Positions 1-12,999 of a DNA stretch of 64,000 nucleotides are shown one piece after another. The notes below the pieces were generated by a model. The model saw nothing but the letters and a program-made list of their open reading frames with translations, did not search any database and was not told the DNA's origin. Where the stretch lies: NCBI GenBank assembly GCA_965644265.1, contig OZ286463.1:51398001-51462000 (forward strand), given 5' to 3'. Position 1 is the first letter of the stretch, and each line of letters opens with the position of its first letter. Source of the stretch: Glycera tridactyla (lineage: Eukaryota). A program made the position numbers and the translations under genes.

Positions 1-2189
1 CTTTCCACGAAAGCAATCCTGCATTGTGACCATGCGAGTATTTCCAACCGTAAACAACCTCAAGGTCAGTTGTGACTGAAGGTGGTTTCTCTTTGGATTT
101 GCAGTCAAAGTCGTCCAAGAATGCAATTTTTTAGGATGTCATGACTTTTTCATGCGATTATTCGATGGAAGAGGCAAACAGCATCATATGCAGTGATGGG
201 TTGAATGAGCTTACTCCTCAAAATATGATTAATCTCAATGAATAAAGAAGGTGGAATAGATGCAATTTCACACCATTTTTGATCGCAATCTCGAGAAGAA
301 AAAAAGAGGCTGATGTCAGCAAATTGTCTTAAAAACATCTACATGTATATTGATTGTACTGGCATGTTTTAAAGGTGATTCATGAGGATGCTGGGACCTC
401 TGTGTCATGAATGTGATCAATTAATATGGCCAGCAGTAGCTTGTATAACCATAGAATCTAGGTCATCCACCATCTTGATACCCAGCAATTGACGGAATGA
501 CATACAAAAAACCCAGCATATAATCTTCATTAAAGACAGAACTCTTTAAAAACTCTTTGGCAAGTGCAATTACAGAAGCACCACCCACAACACCCCTTAA
601 CACTATTTCACTTCTTATTTCAGCTCATATTAGATTAAATTTTTCTGAAAAATGTTGTATTCTCAGCTTCATTTGATGAGAGATGATGGAACAGGGGAAA
701 AATCCTCTCGGCATATGCTATGTGGGAGTGAGTTAAAATTAAAGTAATAATCAGTCTTATAACAGAAAATTGAGCAATATTCTTTGTACTGTATATTGCC
801 GTATATATACCCATAGCAAAATGGATGCCCATCCCCTCCTCAAACTCTTCAAGGATACCAGCAATGACCACGGAACATGTATTACTACTGACAGAACCAA
901 AGGCTGTCATCATCAATCATCGATTTGGCGCCATTTTTGGGTGGAAGTCTCCCGAATGGTTATACCTGCTTAGTGTTTCCATCATGTTTATGGAGAAATT
1001 GTGATCAATTTTCCCTTAAATTCATTTCCAAAAAGATGCGCATGGCACTTGCCTGTACCTTTGCCCACTGTGCATATATTCAGCAATATCCTGTACGGCT
1101 ACAAGTAGACACCAGCATTTTCAAACGTGAATTTGCAGAAACAACACTGGCTTTTGTAATACTCAGCAAGATTCTGCATGGACATACGGCATGTAGAGTG
1201 TGATATGTAATAAATGAACTCTTGTATAGTGGTATACATTAGCCAGTTAGCCATGGGCTAAAATCATGCTCATATGGCTATTGAATTTGACAGGCTTTCA
1301 TCACAATGGCTGGAGGAAATTAGGCTCAAGCAAGCGGAGATTGAGATTGTATTCTCTCATATGACTTGTATGGTCTTTAGTTGGATCGACACTGGTTTGA
1401 GATGAAAATATTGGCGAGATCCAGGTCATCTTACAATGCATTTGGCAATAGCATAAGTGATCAATGGATATACCAGGATCACACAATGCCGCCATCTTGT
1501 CTGGATAGACAACAAAACCTATTGACTATGAGAAAGTCAATAGGTTTTTTTGCTTGTTTGAGATTTAATGGTGTGTATCAACCCTGAGGATAATGTATGC
1601 TGTGTGCTCTTGGTCAATGAAAGCTAGATGTTCTATCCCCTACAGGCATCACTCTCACAAAGCCTGAACACAAGATGATGGGAACCTGTAAGGTTATCAA
1701 ATGGAAGTAGCTGACAGTTCAGACACACTTCTACCTACTCAACATGAACATACTGAACCTAACGATGGCATATCTAACTATGTGACTATGTAGCTAATAC
1801 TCAAGCCTGACAGCAATGCTCTCTTGTGGGCAATGAGCAGGAACAGCATTAGGTTTGGAGAATACACAACAATGTCTTCAATTACGAACCAGTTGGGGTT
1901 GATATACCAGCAGGTGCCATATAGTTATCATGAAGTATCATACCTATCCTCAGATGAGACATGAATCTTGTTATAAACTAATGAGGTCTTCTCGTTTTTC
2001 ATAAGCGATTGTTGTTTTTGTGGTGGTGGTGGTGGCAGTAAAGATGGTGAAATATAGCCGAAGAGAATAACATATTCTCCCTTGCAATCGCATATTGCAT
2101 GTACTAGACTAGGGCTGGAGGTGGAGTCTGTTTGTCTGCATATGTGGTCTGTCAGCTTCTCAAAATGAACCAGGGAGTATCAGCACCTA

Positions 2190-2622
2190 TTGAAGCCTCT
2201 CTATGAAGGCCACCTGGCTACAAAGCTGATTCTTGATGTGACCAAGAGTCGCCTTTCTGGACAGGTTCGACTGTACAGTGGAACCTATATGAAGCAGTCA
2301 CCTCTTTTTGCAACCTCCGAACTCAAGTAAGCACATTCCAATTTCCCTCTAGAGTATTTTTCTACAATAATTTACCGGTATTTAGCAACCACCTGTCTCA
2401 AACAACCACTTTCCAGTTTCCCAAGAGTGGCTGCTCAATACAGATTAAATAGTGAAACCTGCAACAAAAGACACCGACAAGAGACCACCTCCGACACGAA
2501 ATTGCTTTTCCAGGGTGGCCTTTTTATTTGACCTAGTCAAATATACCTGTGATGAGAGACCATCTATTTTCAGAGACTGCTTTTTGGTGACATCTAGAGC
2601 AGCTACTCGTCGCGTCTCACTG
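2190..2622. mobile_element. Cluster of three abutting CAGT...ACTG MITEs/fragments (~2190-2273, 2276-2449, 2450-2622)
   Basis: CAGGTTCGACTG-TA-CAGTGGAACC junction followed by AGTGAAACCTG...TCTCACTG-TA; GACCACC subrepeats. Confidence 0.65.
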
Positions 2623-3354
2623 TACTGTATTTGTGATGGGGGTTAAAATATCACCCCAGGAGGTGTAGTAATATATCACTTGAGGCAAATTCTATGATGA
2701 AGTGGGTATCGGTGCACGGGTAAGCAAGCGGCGATATATAATTCATGAATGGATGTCACCATGGCTTGCATGATGGGCAATTGGCGGCGACAATCTGCCA
2801 TTCGGTGTCAGCTCGTATCATATTAATGTGCCAAAATAACATCAAGCACATATCGATTGGAACACTCGGCATGACTCCAAAGTGAAGTAGGACTGTCAAC
2901 CTGATGAATTCAACCAATAACCTGAACTGACGTGTAATAAACATGCTCATGATAAATGACTGTGGCCCATTTTGCCTGAATTTGAGTTCGCAAGGAATTG
3001 ATGCATCATAGGAAATGTGATAGGCCTTGCGACTAGATCTTATCCACCCATATTAAGGGAGAAACTGGCTGACATGGTGCTGTAGTTTGAAAATGAATAA
3101 ATAGATGAATAAATGAATATATAAATAAATAGATAAATCAAATATATGTATGTGTGTATATATTTCTTGATGAGGCTGAATATATTTCATCTATCTTATC
3201 TTATCTAGAGTCATATAATAGTCCAAAGGCCCTAACAAATTGTCCTTAGCATGACTTCTTCTGATCAAGAACTTCCTATATACAACAGCTTATGGCAGAT
3301 TCCACCGCAGTATTTTGCACTGTAATCGATGTGTACTTGGTATGAATTTGCTCT

Positions 3355-3850
3355 AAATACACAATTTCATCACTTCTGTTTGGCCTCACACTTAAGACAA
3401 ATCCCAGTCTATGTTTGTGTGATGGTGCAGCTTATTAGAAATGCCTCTGAATGGCTTTTACTGGTAAGTAAAAATGACAAATCATCAGATACAGTTTACT
3501 TTCAAGTCTAATATTATTGCCAGTATTTGAGAAAGCCTAAACCGTAACTTAGAAATCTATATGTATCTCAAAAGGTTCTAACTTTTCTAAAACGAGGCAG
3601 TGAAATACACAATTTTATCACTTCTGTTTGGCCTCACACTTGAGACAAATCCCAGTCTATGTTTCTGTGATGGTGCAGCTTATTAGAAATGCCTCTGAAT
3701 GGTTTTTACTGGTAAGTGAAAATGCCAAATCATCAGATACAGTTTACTTTCAAGTCTAATATTATTGCCGGTATTTGAGAAAGCCTAAACCATAACTTAG
3801 AAATCTATATGTATCTCAAAAGGCTCTAACTTTTCTAAAACGAGGCAGTA
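3355..3850. repeat. Tandem duplication, 2 x 248 bp, near identical
   Basis: AAATACACAATTT(C/T)ATCACTTCTG starts at 3355 and 3603; both units end AAAACGAGGCAGT. Confidence 0.92.
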
Positions 3851-5369
3851 AAATCCTTTTTTGCTGGCAGACCTATGGTCATGTTATGCAGATCAAGTCG
3901 GTGGTAGCCTCCTGGACAGTCCAGAGAATGACAATATTTAGGGAGGTTGTTGGGAGGCTGAGGTGATGTGATGGTTAATGTAGTAGCCCTGGCTTCATTT
4001 TGATGAAGGTTGATAGCTGCAGGTAATCATCATCTAGCTGGGTTGCTAGGTTACAGTAACCTTCACCACAAGATTATTGCTCATTGCAGTTCTATTGATA
4101 CACCCTACACACATACCATATTTTTATCCAATGTACACTTATACCAAGATTTTGTCGATCCACAAACCCAGCAACTGCTGACTGAAGGCTACTAAAACTC
4201 CATACAAACATTGTGCTCTATCTCCACTAATACTGGTCCGATTTTTATGAACTAAAAGCCAAAATGATCAGCAGAGAATGATCTTCGCTTAAATGTGTAT
4301 GTCTTGCATGAACATGAGAATCAGCAGCTCTGCGGAACAGTCACATCCCTGACATAGACGCTGCTTGCAGGTTCCAATTTTGAGCTGATCCCAGAATGAA
4401 TTCCACAGATCACCAGGGCTTGATAATGCTACCTGTGTGGCTACCACAAGTGCCACCAAAATCCATCCGTGGCTACCAAATTTCCAAAGAAAGGAGCCAG
4501 CGGGCCACTAAAATAACTGAAATTGACTCACTATGGACCGGCAACCAAAATTCAGCTTTGGCTCTGGGAATTTGTCTAAGGGCCAATCTGGCACATGATT
4601 TTGGCCAATGTCAGACCCCGATCACGAATCACGATTCTTCGGCTGATTGTCATCATATATTTCTTCATAGTGTATCTGTGAGTAGGAGCATGCATGTTCA
4701 ATAACATAGCCTTCACTGACGGCACCCCTGTGGCTTGGTTATCTTTTAATGGCTCGTATCGACCCAGATGATCATCCATATCATGTCTTCCTTGTCTATG
4801 AAAGCTAGATACTCTCTCAACTGCATGCATTACTTTCACAATCCCTGAACATAAGATGATGGTGTTGTAAGGTGGAAGGAGCTGATGGTTCAGACACACC
4901 TCAACCTATCTGACATGAACGTGGGGTAATCCGCCACACAAAATGTGGCTGTGACTGGATGCAGGGAGGTCAGTGCGATATACAGGGACAGCACATACAA
5001 GTGCCGCAAATCTCATTGAGTACTGATGAATGGTTGCTTGGACAATACGCCAGACTGGACAACATGTCTTCCAACTAAGCATGCAACCTCATGTCACACG
5101 ATAACATTGTTATGTCCATCAAACCGATATGTTTGTGAATCATTTATGGATTCTACAGCTTGAAGGAACTATGAAAGTCACCCTGAGCTATTACTGTGGA
5201 TTTCACGGACCTCAATATGATGCCATCATTTGTAAGCAGACCAAATGCAGCGAAAATCATTGGTTCACATTTTTCACACTGAAAAAAATGTCCCACTCAC
5301 ATTTTCCCAGATAAATTTGCAGCCAATATGAGTCAGAAAAAGAGTCAAATTGATGGTAAGAACACTTAC

Positions 5370-5544
5370 CCCTCCCCAGTTGAGAGTACGAGCAAGATCG
5401 TTCCCTGTGCCAAGTGGTAAGACAGCGACTGGTGGTGGTGGTACGATGCCGAGGCTATCAATGGTCGACAGGATCCAGCCCGCCGTACCATCGCCACCAC
5501 AGGCGAGGATTCGCAGATTTGGCACTTTCTTGAACAATTCTAGC
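5370..5544 (-). CDS. DGKZ: DGK type IV exon, catalytic ATP-binding core (LELF...[11 protein letters not shown]...[20 protein letters not shown])
   Basis: TTGCAG acceptor and GGG|GTAAGT donor; 175 nt, phase 2/0, matching the phase-2 end of the previous exon. Contains GGDGT and [11 protein letters not shown]. Confidence 0.97.
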
Positions 5545-6152
5545 CTGCAACCAAAGTTCATGAAATGTCACTATGCTGTTTTGAAGCAAGCCACGAGCTG
5601 GCATGTCCTTCCGTTGATCTTACACAAATTGCGTGATCTGATCCAAGCAACAACATCTCGTGACAATGCTACTTGATTGTATTTGTCACCAGCTGATGAA
5701 AGGGATCGATGGTTCCCTTAAAGCTTCCAAATAATACATTTCAACACAATTGTGAATATGAGAATCCCACATTATGAGCCTGTTTGGTATAATCATTGGA
5801 GAGTCCATAAAGTGTTTTTTCACCATATTCCAAAATGATTATTGAGGAGTCCATGCATTGTTATTCCGAAATCTGTATTCAAGCTGAAGCCTCAAACTAA
5901 TTGATCTCCCCCATATGAGAAAAGGGCATGAGCTACTTTCAATTGTTTTCTCAAATTATTCAAAGGAAACAACCTTCTTCCTTCTGAATGATAACACAAA
6001 CAGAGATCGCCTGACTACACTAATTACATAAAGCAATTATACGTTAATGCAAAGAAGATCAAAAGCAGCGAATAGTGGCCACAAATTCAGATATATCAAC
6101 CGTCTTTGACAACATCACCAAAACTGCCATGGAATGATAAATGCAAGGACAC

Positions 6153-6173
6153 TGTGAGTGCGTGTGAGTGTGA

Positions 6174-6204
<31 letters not shown>
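6153..6204. repeat. (GT)n/(GAGT)n microsatellite
   Basis: Directly visible. Confidence 0.95.
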
Positions 6205-6423
6205 CATGCAGGCATGGATGCTAACATACATAGATAATAACCACAATTGCCTAATTTTGATGGGATCCATATCGTGTAACAAACCTTTGTTGTGTGATTC
6301 ATGTTTACCAGCTTTGTTTTTGCACTTTACTAGGGAAAATATGCTCCTGTACCTCATTATGTGTGACTCCAAACAATGAAGAAAATAGAAAATCCAAAGA
6401 AAGCAAGAATTACATATACTTAC

Positions 6424-6662
6424 CCCATTCGGGGTCCTCCCTGAGAGAGATCAAACACCTGGCGAGGGTTGAGCAACCACTGGAACTTGGAGATGAGCTT
6501 GCCACCCTGGTTACCCCCTGATTTTGGGTTGATAAACACGAGCAGCGGTTTCATATGTGGTGAAGGAATTGGCTTGATGATAAATAACTTGTGGTCATCT
6601 CGACTTTTCCGCTTCTTCAACGAGGCTTTTTTCTTCTTACGTATAGATGATTTGAATGATCC
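6424..6662 (-). CDS. DGKZ: DGK type IV exon, MARCKS-like basic region and start of catalytic domain ([19 protein letters not shown]...[14 protein letters not shown]...[12 protein letters not shown])
   Basis: TTTTCAG acceptor and GG|GTAAGT donor; 239 nt, phase 0/2. [12 protein letters not shown] and LNPRQVFDL are DGK catalytic motifs. Confidence 0.97.
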
Positions 6663-7399
6663 CTGAAAACACCAATATCATTATATGATCAAAAGATCAG
6701 AAACATATCACATGATCGTGAGAAACTTCGAAGATCAAAGACACTGAAGAATGTTGATGACCTACCAGGGTAGCTTTCTATCTGTAGCAAGCCCTCTTCT
6801 GCCTGGAAAAGCCCCTATATAGTGGTAAACATTATGGGACAGTTACAATACTGACGAAAGAAAATTAAGAAATACCAATCAATCAATCTCATGGAAAAAT
6901 GGACAGGTCATTGAAGGCGTTCTTTTTTGGACCCCAGAAGATGCCTCCTTTAGATATGAAAGCTCTGGGGAACCTGTCAATCAATGGAAAAAGAAATATC
7001 TAGGACAAATGTCCATCTTGAAGTATTTGATCTTTCACTGTCTGGATGGGCATCTGGCAAAACAACAAGAAACTAAGCCGGAGGTGATAACCAAAATGAT
7101 TGCGTAAATTGACGTTATAGGCAATGAGCAATGCCTCAAAGGTCTGTATGCCCCTGGGTCAGCCACCATTCCCTTGACTTCAAGAGCAGAATCATCACAG
7201 ATAGTGCCGCCATCGGGGATGTAGACTATAATCTGATGTGCATAAAATGATCACCAGATTGCGGTCATTTCGGATGAGAGGAAACGTTCTACTTTTCCCT
7301 GATATCCCCACATACATCTCAATTCATGAGATTCATACTTATGCACTACCCTGCATTATACCCTCCGGCCTAAACACATTATGAATATCACTTTATTCA

Positions 7400-8793
7400 C
7401 AGTCTTCAAATCTAGCCACTCTCCCGGATCCCTGGTAGAGTGAATCTGATTCATGGGGAGTGAAAAGACCAAACTCACTCTTCTGATGGGAGAGCATGAA
7501 TTTTTGTGCAAATTTCATGCAATGGGAGATGATTAGCATGAAACTATTTCTCATGATACACCATTGAAATTTACAAATTAGATTTTCAAAAATCATCTGA
7601 ATTCTTGTGGATTTGAACCTGGGATCGCCATGATGGCTCCAACCATCTAGCCTGCAATCTGTACATTTCAATGGTGTATATTTCGATGGTGTATCATTCT
7701 AACAATTTTCTAGTTGATGAGAGAGTGGTGCATTCGCTGTGAAGACAGAACACCAGCAGCAACGAACCCCGTTCCCTTTGAGAGAACTTTGCATATACCC
7801 TAAATGACGTAATAATCGCCCTGGGTGTTTATTAGGATCATCGCTGAGTGAAGACAGGGGGTGGGCGATTATTAGGGATATCTGCTTACCGGGTGAAAAC
7901 GATGTTTTTCGCTGATTCCGATTGCTCTCTGAACGCCTATAAATGGTACAAATCCCACGATGAATGACTACTAGAGTGTTTGACAATCGTTTTGCTGAAA
8001 TCTCGACTTTTTCGCCATAGACATAATGGGAACATGTGGCAGGTATGACAATTCGAGTGCGCCGCCATTTTGAACCCGATCAGGTCACACGATCAGCATC
8101 ATCTCGTGACCTCGTAACTAGACACAACAATGGCATGGATCGCTACTAAGGAAGCCAACCTTTTGTTTTTATCATGGAATACACACTGATACATGCTTTT
8201 TCGGCGTTGACACATGTTTTCATTGGTGAGAACTGGATGTACACGATGAATCATTGATGTATGAATCACGAATGACATAACAATAGCTGGGGTAAGGCAC
8301 GAATTGGCTCCTCCATGAGCTGTCAACACAGTTCTCTTTGTTCCATCGCTGGGCTCATTGCTAATTGCACTTAATGATTTGATTGATTGTGGTGTCGATT
8401 TGCCTCTCTCCATGCTTGGACGGTCTTCTTGTTTGATGACGTTTGTCGATATTCGCAATCCGCAGACTGGGCGATTAAAAGAAACTTTCCCGTGACTAGG
8501 AATCATCCCAAATTCGGGGGTGGGCGTTTATTGAAGCATGGGCGATTATTACGTCATTTACGGTAGCAGTCTGTATGATTCTGAAGTGAAAACATTCACT
8601 TGACACTAAACAGTTACAATTCATGTCTTGATTTCAGATCTATCTACATCAGTTTTTCATCCTGAAGAAGCTTAGTCCATTGCCTTTTGAACCTCACACA
8701 AATTTGGGAGAGTGAATATATTTTTGGGAGAGTGATTATCCTAATCGGCTCTTTTGATGGGAGAGTGGCTGAAAAAGTTCTTAGTGAAGACCG
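7400..8793. mobile_element. Older dispersed TIR-like element hosting nested insertions; relatives at ~26073-27002, ~43793-44270, ~46240-46300
   Basis: Shared internal block AAAGACCAAACTCACTCTCCCAATGGGAG and shared ends CAGTCTTCA...AGCCACTCTCC / GGAGAGTGGCTGAAAAAGTT..TGAAGAC(C/T)G. Confidence 0.55.
7798..8563. mobile_element. 766-bp non-autonomous TIR element (Tc1/mariner-type), TA TSD
   Basis: 24-bp TIRs CC(C/G)TAAATGACGTAATAATCGCCC with 1 mismatch; TA on both sides; CpG-rich interior without a transposase ORF. Confidence 0.85.
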
Positions 8794-9535
8794 TTGTTAT
8801 GCATTTTCGTATTTAGCAAAGTGCATCACTTGCACCACAGAATGTTGTACTACAATGGAACCTGGCCTTGGGATGGGCAAAAAGGGGCTGCTTGAGACAG
8901 GGGGCTCCCTAGGAAAGGTGAATTATAACAAAATTATAATAAAACTGAGGCTGACACTCAAGCCTGATAGCAATGGTTTTTTATTAAGCGAAGTGTGGTA
9001 CTTGAATCACAACAAGATGAAGTATTCATGAATTGCAGTAGAACCTGGCGTAGGAGGGCACCCTTAGGAGATGCAAATGTGGCTGCTTTAGGGCAGGAGG
9101 CTGCTTTGGGGAAGTTTGACAGTACAGTAAAACCTGTCTATAGTGAAAAGTCACGGGCCAGATTTTTCTTTTCACTGTAGACAGGATTCCACTATATACA
9201 GGTCGATTAGAGTGGAAAAAAAGTTCGAGCCAGATTTTTCTTTTCACTGTAGACAGGATTTCACTGTGGACAGGATTACACTAGGGCAGATTTTACTGTA
9301 TGTTGCAAACCTTTCAAGAATAGCATATTTGGGTGATGTGATATCTGAGAGTAGATGAGAAAGTCAGTATTGATGGCTGTGTATTGTTTGGTGATATCCT
9401 TCGACAAATGAGAGTGCTAATGCCAAGATCCTAATTAGGATAACAGTTCAGCCTCATTATTCACATCAAGGCTGCTATCTTCTTATGATGAGAAGACAAT
9501 AAGTAACACATCATCCACATCTAAGATGATCTTGT

Positions 9536-9820
9536 TTTTGTTTTTTGTTTGTTTGAGGTTTAACAGCATGTATCAACCCTAGGGTTATGAATGCCGTGTG
9601 TTCCTGGTTAATGAAAGTTAGATGTTTTCTCCCCTGCAGACATTTCTCTCACAAACCCTGAACACGAGATGATGGGGAACCTGAAAGGTTGTCAAGTGGA
9701 AGTAGCTGACACTTCAGACCCACCTCTACCTACTCTCATAAACATGATGGACCTAATAATGGCATATCTAACTATGTAACTGGCTGGAAGCTGACACTCA
9801 AGCCTGATAGCAATACTTTT
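9536..9820 (-). mobile_element. ~280-bp SINE-like dispersed repeat; other copies ~1544-1820, ~4770-4920, ~15520-15750, ~31020-31131, ~42040-42350 (two), ~47510-47780
   Basis: Shared blocks CCCTGAACAC(A/G)AGATGATGGG, GGAAGTAGCTGACAGTTCAGAC and GCTGACACTCAAGCCTGATAGCAATGC. A (GTTT)n edge implies an (AAAC)n tail on the minus strand; the strand call is inferred. Confidence 0.7.
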
Positions 9821-12272
9821 CTTTTTGCAAAGTGCAGCACTTGAAAGAAAGGAAAAGCATTAGGTTTGAAAGATAGTTCATTAGGCAAAAACAGCCTTAC
9901 ATCAGTCCCAAATAGATTGTTCTCGGTTCCAGGATGATTCATGTTGAAATCATATTCACTTACTTTGGAACAATGTTTTTTGAAACATACATGACATTTC
10001 ACCTGGTCTGCGAGCAATCTTGGTCACATGATAGATTAATGGCTTCAAACTTCCATTCGGGCTTCAACAAGCCCCACATCAGTTCTCACATAGAGAATGT
10101 AGTACATGAAATCACACTCTGATGTCAGTTTATCCCGCTTTGACCTTTTCAACAATGACATATATCGAGATAATATATATTTTCCCACATGAATGGCATG
10201 CATGGATTGTACATGTGATATATGTCTTTTCATTTTTATTACTCGCTAATAAAGTGATATGATACGGATAATACACCCAGCATTACCTCAGCAATACCAG
10301 GCCTAATGAAAAGCCATATGATATGACCATACCAACACAAAGGAAAAGGCATGTCACTGCATAAGGTACAGCCACTGGTGTGCTTTCATTTTTGCAAATG
10401 AGCTTTTGCCATGGATACTCCAGTTGAAGCACTCTTAGATCTGTGCCTAACTGCCGGAAAACTGTGAACTTGATGATGGAGGGAATACCCACTGGCTCTC
10501 CAGTAGCTCTACACATGCAAAACTCATGGACGGTGATTAAAGCTCCGGGAGTTAACTGCGGTTTATGTATATATATTGTTATACATGTTACAAGAGTTTG
10601 GATAGAGTTGTTTGAACTGAATTGGATACAATATTGCTTGAGGATATGCTCCAGTTTTATCTTCTAGCAAAAGAATTCAACAATGACAGGTATGACTTGA
10701 CACTTTGGAAGGTTCAACAAGAATCTAACCATGTCACGTGATTCCTCCCAACTACGAGATCACGTGCCGATGCAACATTGAAGTCGCCATGAGCCAGTGA
10801 AAAAAAACAAATGGATCTCTGAAAGCTTCTTGTTTTTGAAACTGACTGTGAGTATCATGAGCCTTCTACATCTACAAGACTTGACACATTCCCTGCATGG
10901 ATTCTACATGCATGAGCGATTCCTTAGCAAAATGAGGTAATTGATTTCAGTTAGACCGAAAATTGGGTACTGAGCACCAACCAGAGATGGTCCTCCTAAT
11001 CCAGATGACCATCTTCATATTTCAACAGAATGAGATGTACTTCGGCTATGGTGAATTTCTGAATGCATAAAAGAGATAATACCTGTGTCATTTTGTCACT
11101 CTGAGTATGGCTCCGGGTCAGTAGAGAAGGGATGCCTATCATGAAGAATTATTTGAATACTTCAAGGGTCAGAAAGGACCACAGAATAATTCCTCAGTGA
11201 AGTTTTTGGGATTGCTAAAAAGTCTCTGTCCACCATGATAAGAATTATCAGACTCGATGAATCCATTTGTGAAAATTATCTTTTGCTTCATTTGCGGCGA
11301 TGTTATTCAAATGGTCGATTGAAATACTGCAGCTGATCCAAAGCAACCACAAACTGGATGGACTCAAACAAACATCAATTGTGAAAGCCTAACCAATTCC
11401 CAACACTACCGACAAGTCTGAATGGGATAAATCGAACTCAAAGCAAATCCCAGGTCTCAGGCGATTGTGTGCATGCATGCTTGCGTGATTATTTGTATGT
11501 GAAGGTGTCCCGGAGGGCGCCAAGGACAATGGAGGCGCTGTTGAGTAATTCTGTTACGGTTCATTATTCAAGCTGCCTAACATCACTCACTTTGGTTGAT
11601 CACATATCCAAGATATCAAGATTTCAAGATATCAATTATCACAGGGCATTCTTTCATCTCTGTTCAACTGTGAGTTAACATGACACCGAACATTTTTCAA
11701 TTGACAATCCCATGTTTTTTACCATTGCAATGAACAGCCCCATGGTCTGTGATTTTATTTGGGTTTTTTCACATCTGAGGCCTGAAGCACAAATTAAAGC
11801 AAACTATACCCTGATGTATTGAAAACTTCTTCATAAATCATTCCCGGGATCATGAAAGTTAGTGGCATTACCATCACTCCATTTCTAGTGTTGAGTGGCA
11901 ATGCAGGCCTGTTTTCGTGCTTTGGAATCAACACTGAGAGGGGGAAAATCCAAAACTATCAGATAATCCACTACCTGGTAGGTACAGCTGTGTGTAGTAT
12001 ACAGATTACCTGTCCTCAGAACAGATAGGTCTGGCTGTGCTTGTGATGAGCTGTAAAGATAAGCTAGTTCATATACTGAGTCTGCCTTACTTTGAATACA
12101 AAAGGGGATGCCTTACTTTGAATACAAAAGGGGATGACAGTGGCACAGACCGAAGCATTTTTGAAACAAATCTCTCTTTTTTTATGTGTTACAATCAATT
12201 GATCAATCGGAAAATTCCTGATGAATCAATTATCAAAATAGGTACTCATTCCTCACACTAATCAAGACTTAC

Positions 12273-12425
12273 CTTTTTAGGCATTTTTATAATCCATGAG
12301 GGTGGTATGATAATTCCCGCATGAATTCCTAACGTACATTGCTCCTCGATTTGTTGCATCATAAAACAGCTGATTTTGTTATGGTAGGCTGCCTTGCACC
12401 ACGAACAGCTGATTGCAATAATTTC
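12273..12425 (-). CDS. DGKZ: DGK type IV exon, second half of C1b ([20 protein letters not shown]...[14 protein letters not shown])
   Basis: TTTCCAG acceptor and AAG|GTAAGT donor; 153 nt, phase 0/0. Contains the CSWC, H and C zinc ligands and the IIPPSWI motif. Confidence 0.96.
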
Positions 12426-12686
12426 CTGGAAACAGAGAACAAAATGATACGTTTCAGCGATCATCTCATGCTACAAGTTAGCTTCTAGAATATATTTGCA
12501 TGGTGTAGAGCCTGGAAAGAGGGAGAAACAGATATAAAAAAACTAGGCCTTTATGCCAAAAAAAAGGATGCTAGATGAGGTAGTGACTGATCATTTGCTT
12601 GATTGTTAGGGCTTAAGGTCCTGTAGCCATAGTGTACCAACAGTTAGCAATGTAGAGTGCAAGCCTGGTGCAAGCATGCATGGACG

Positions 12687-12708
12687 CACACACACACACA
12701 CACACACC

Positions 12709-12743
<35 letters not shown>
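12687..12743. repeat. (CA)n microsatellite
   Basis: Directly visible. Confidence 0.95.
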
Positions 12744-12746
<3 letters not shown>

Positions 12747-12999
12747 CACAAACAAATGTTTGATTCAGCCCTTTCACAACTGGTTATTGAAGTAGAAGTG
12801 AGCTATTGCTCCATGATGAAATCAACCACGCATTACATAATGCAGGGAAGAACACCAAAACCCCACGTCAATTACGGGGAGTCTTACATAAGAATGAGGT
12901 CAAAGCCAGGAGAAGTGTGTGTTCATTCATGGTTCATTTCGGTCTAACACAATAGACAGTGGCAGAGAGCAACTGAGCCAGGTAGAAACTTCCGTGCAT

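Noticed and set aside
12426-12511. Strong-looking alternative acceptor 86 nt upstream of the C1b second exon
   Set aside because: Its use introduces an in-frame TAG and no good nearby donor makes it a cassette exon. It might at most be an NMD-coupled site.
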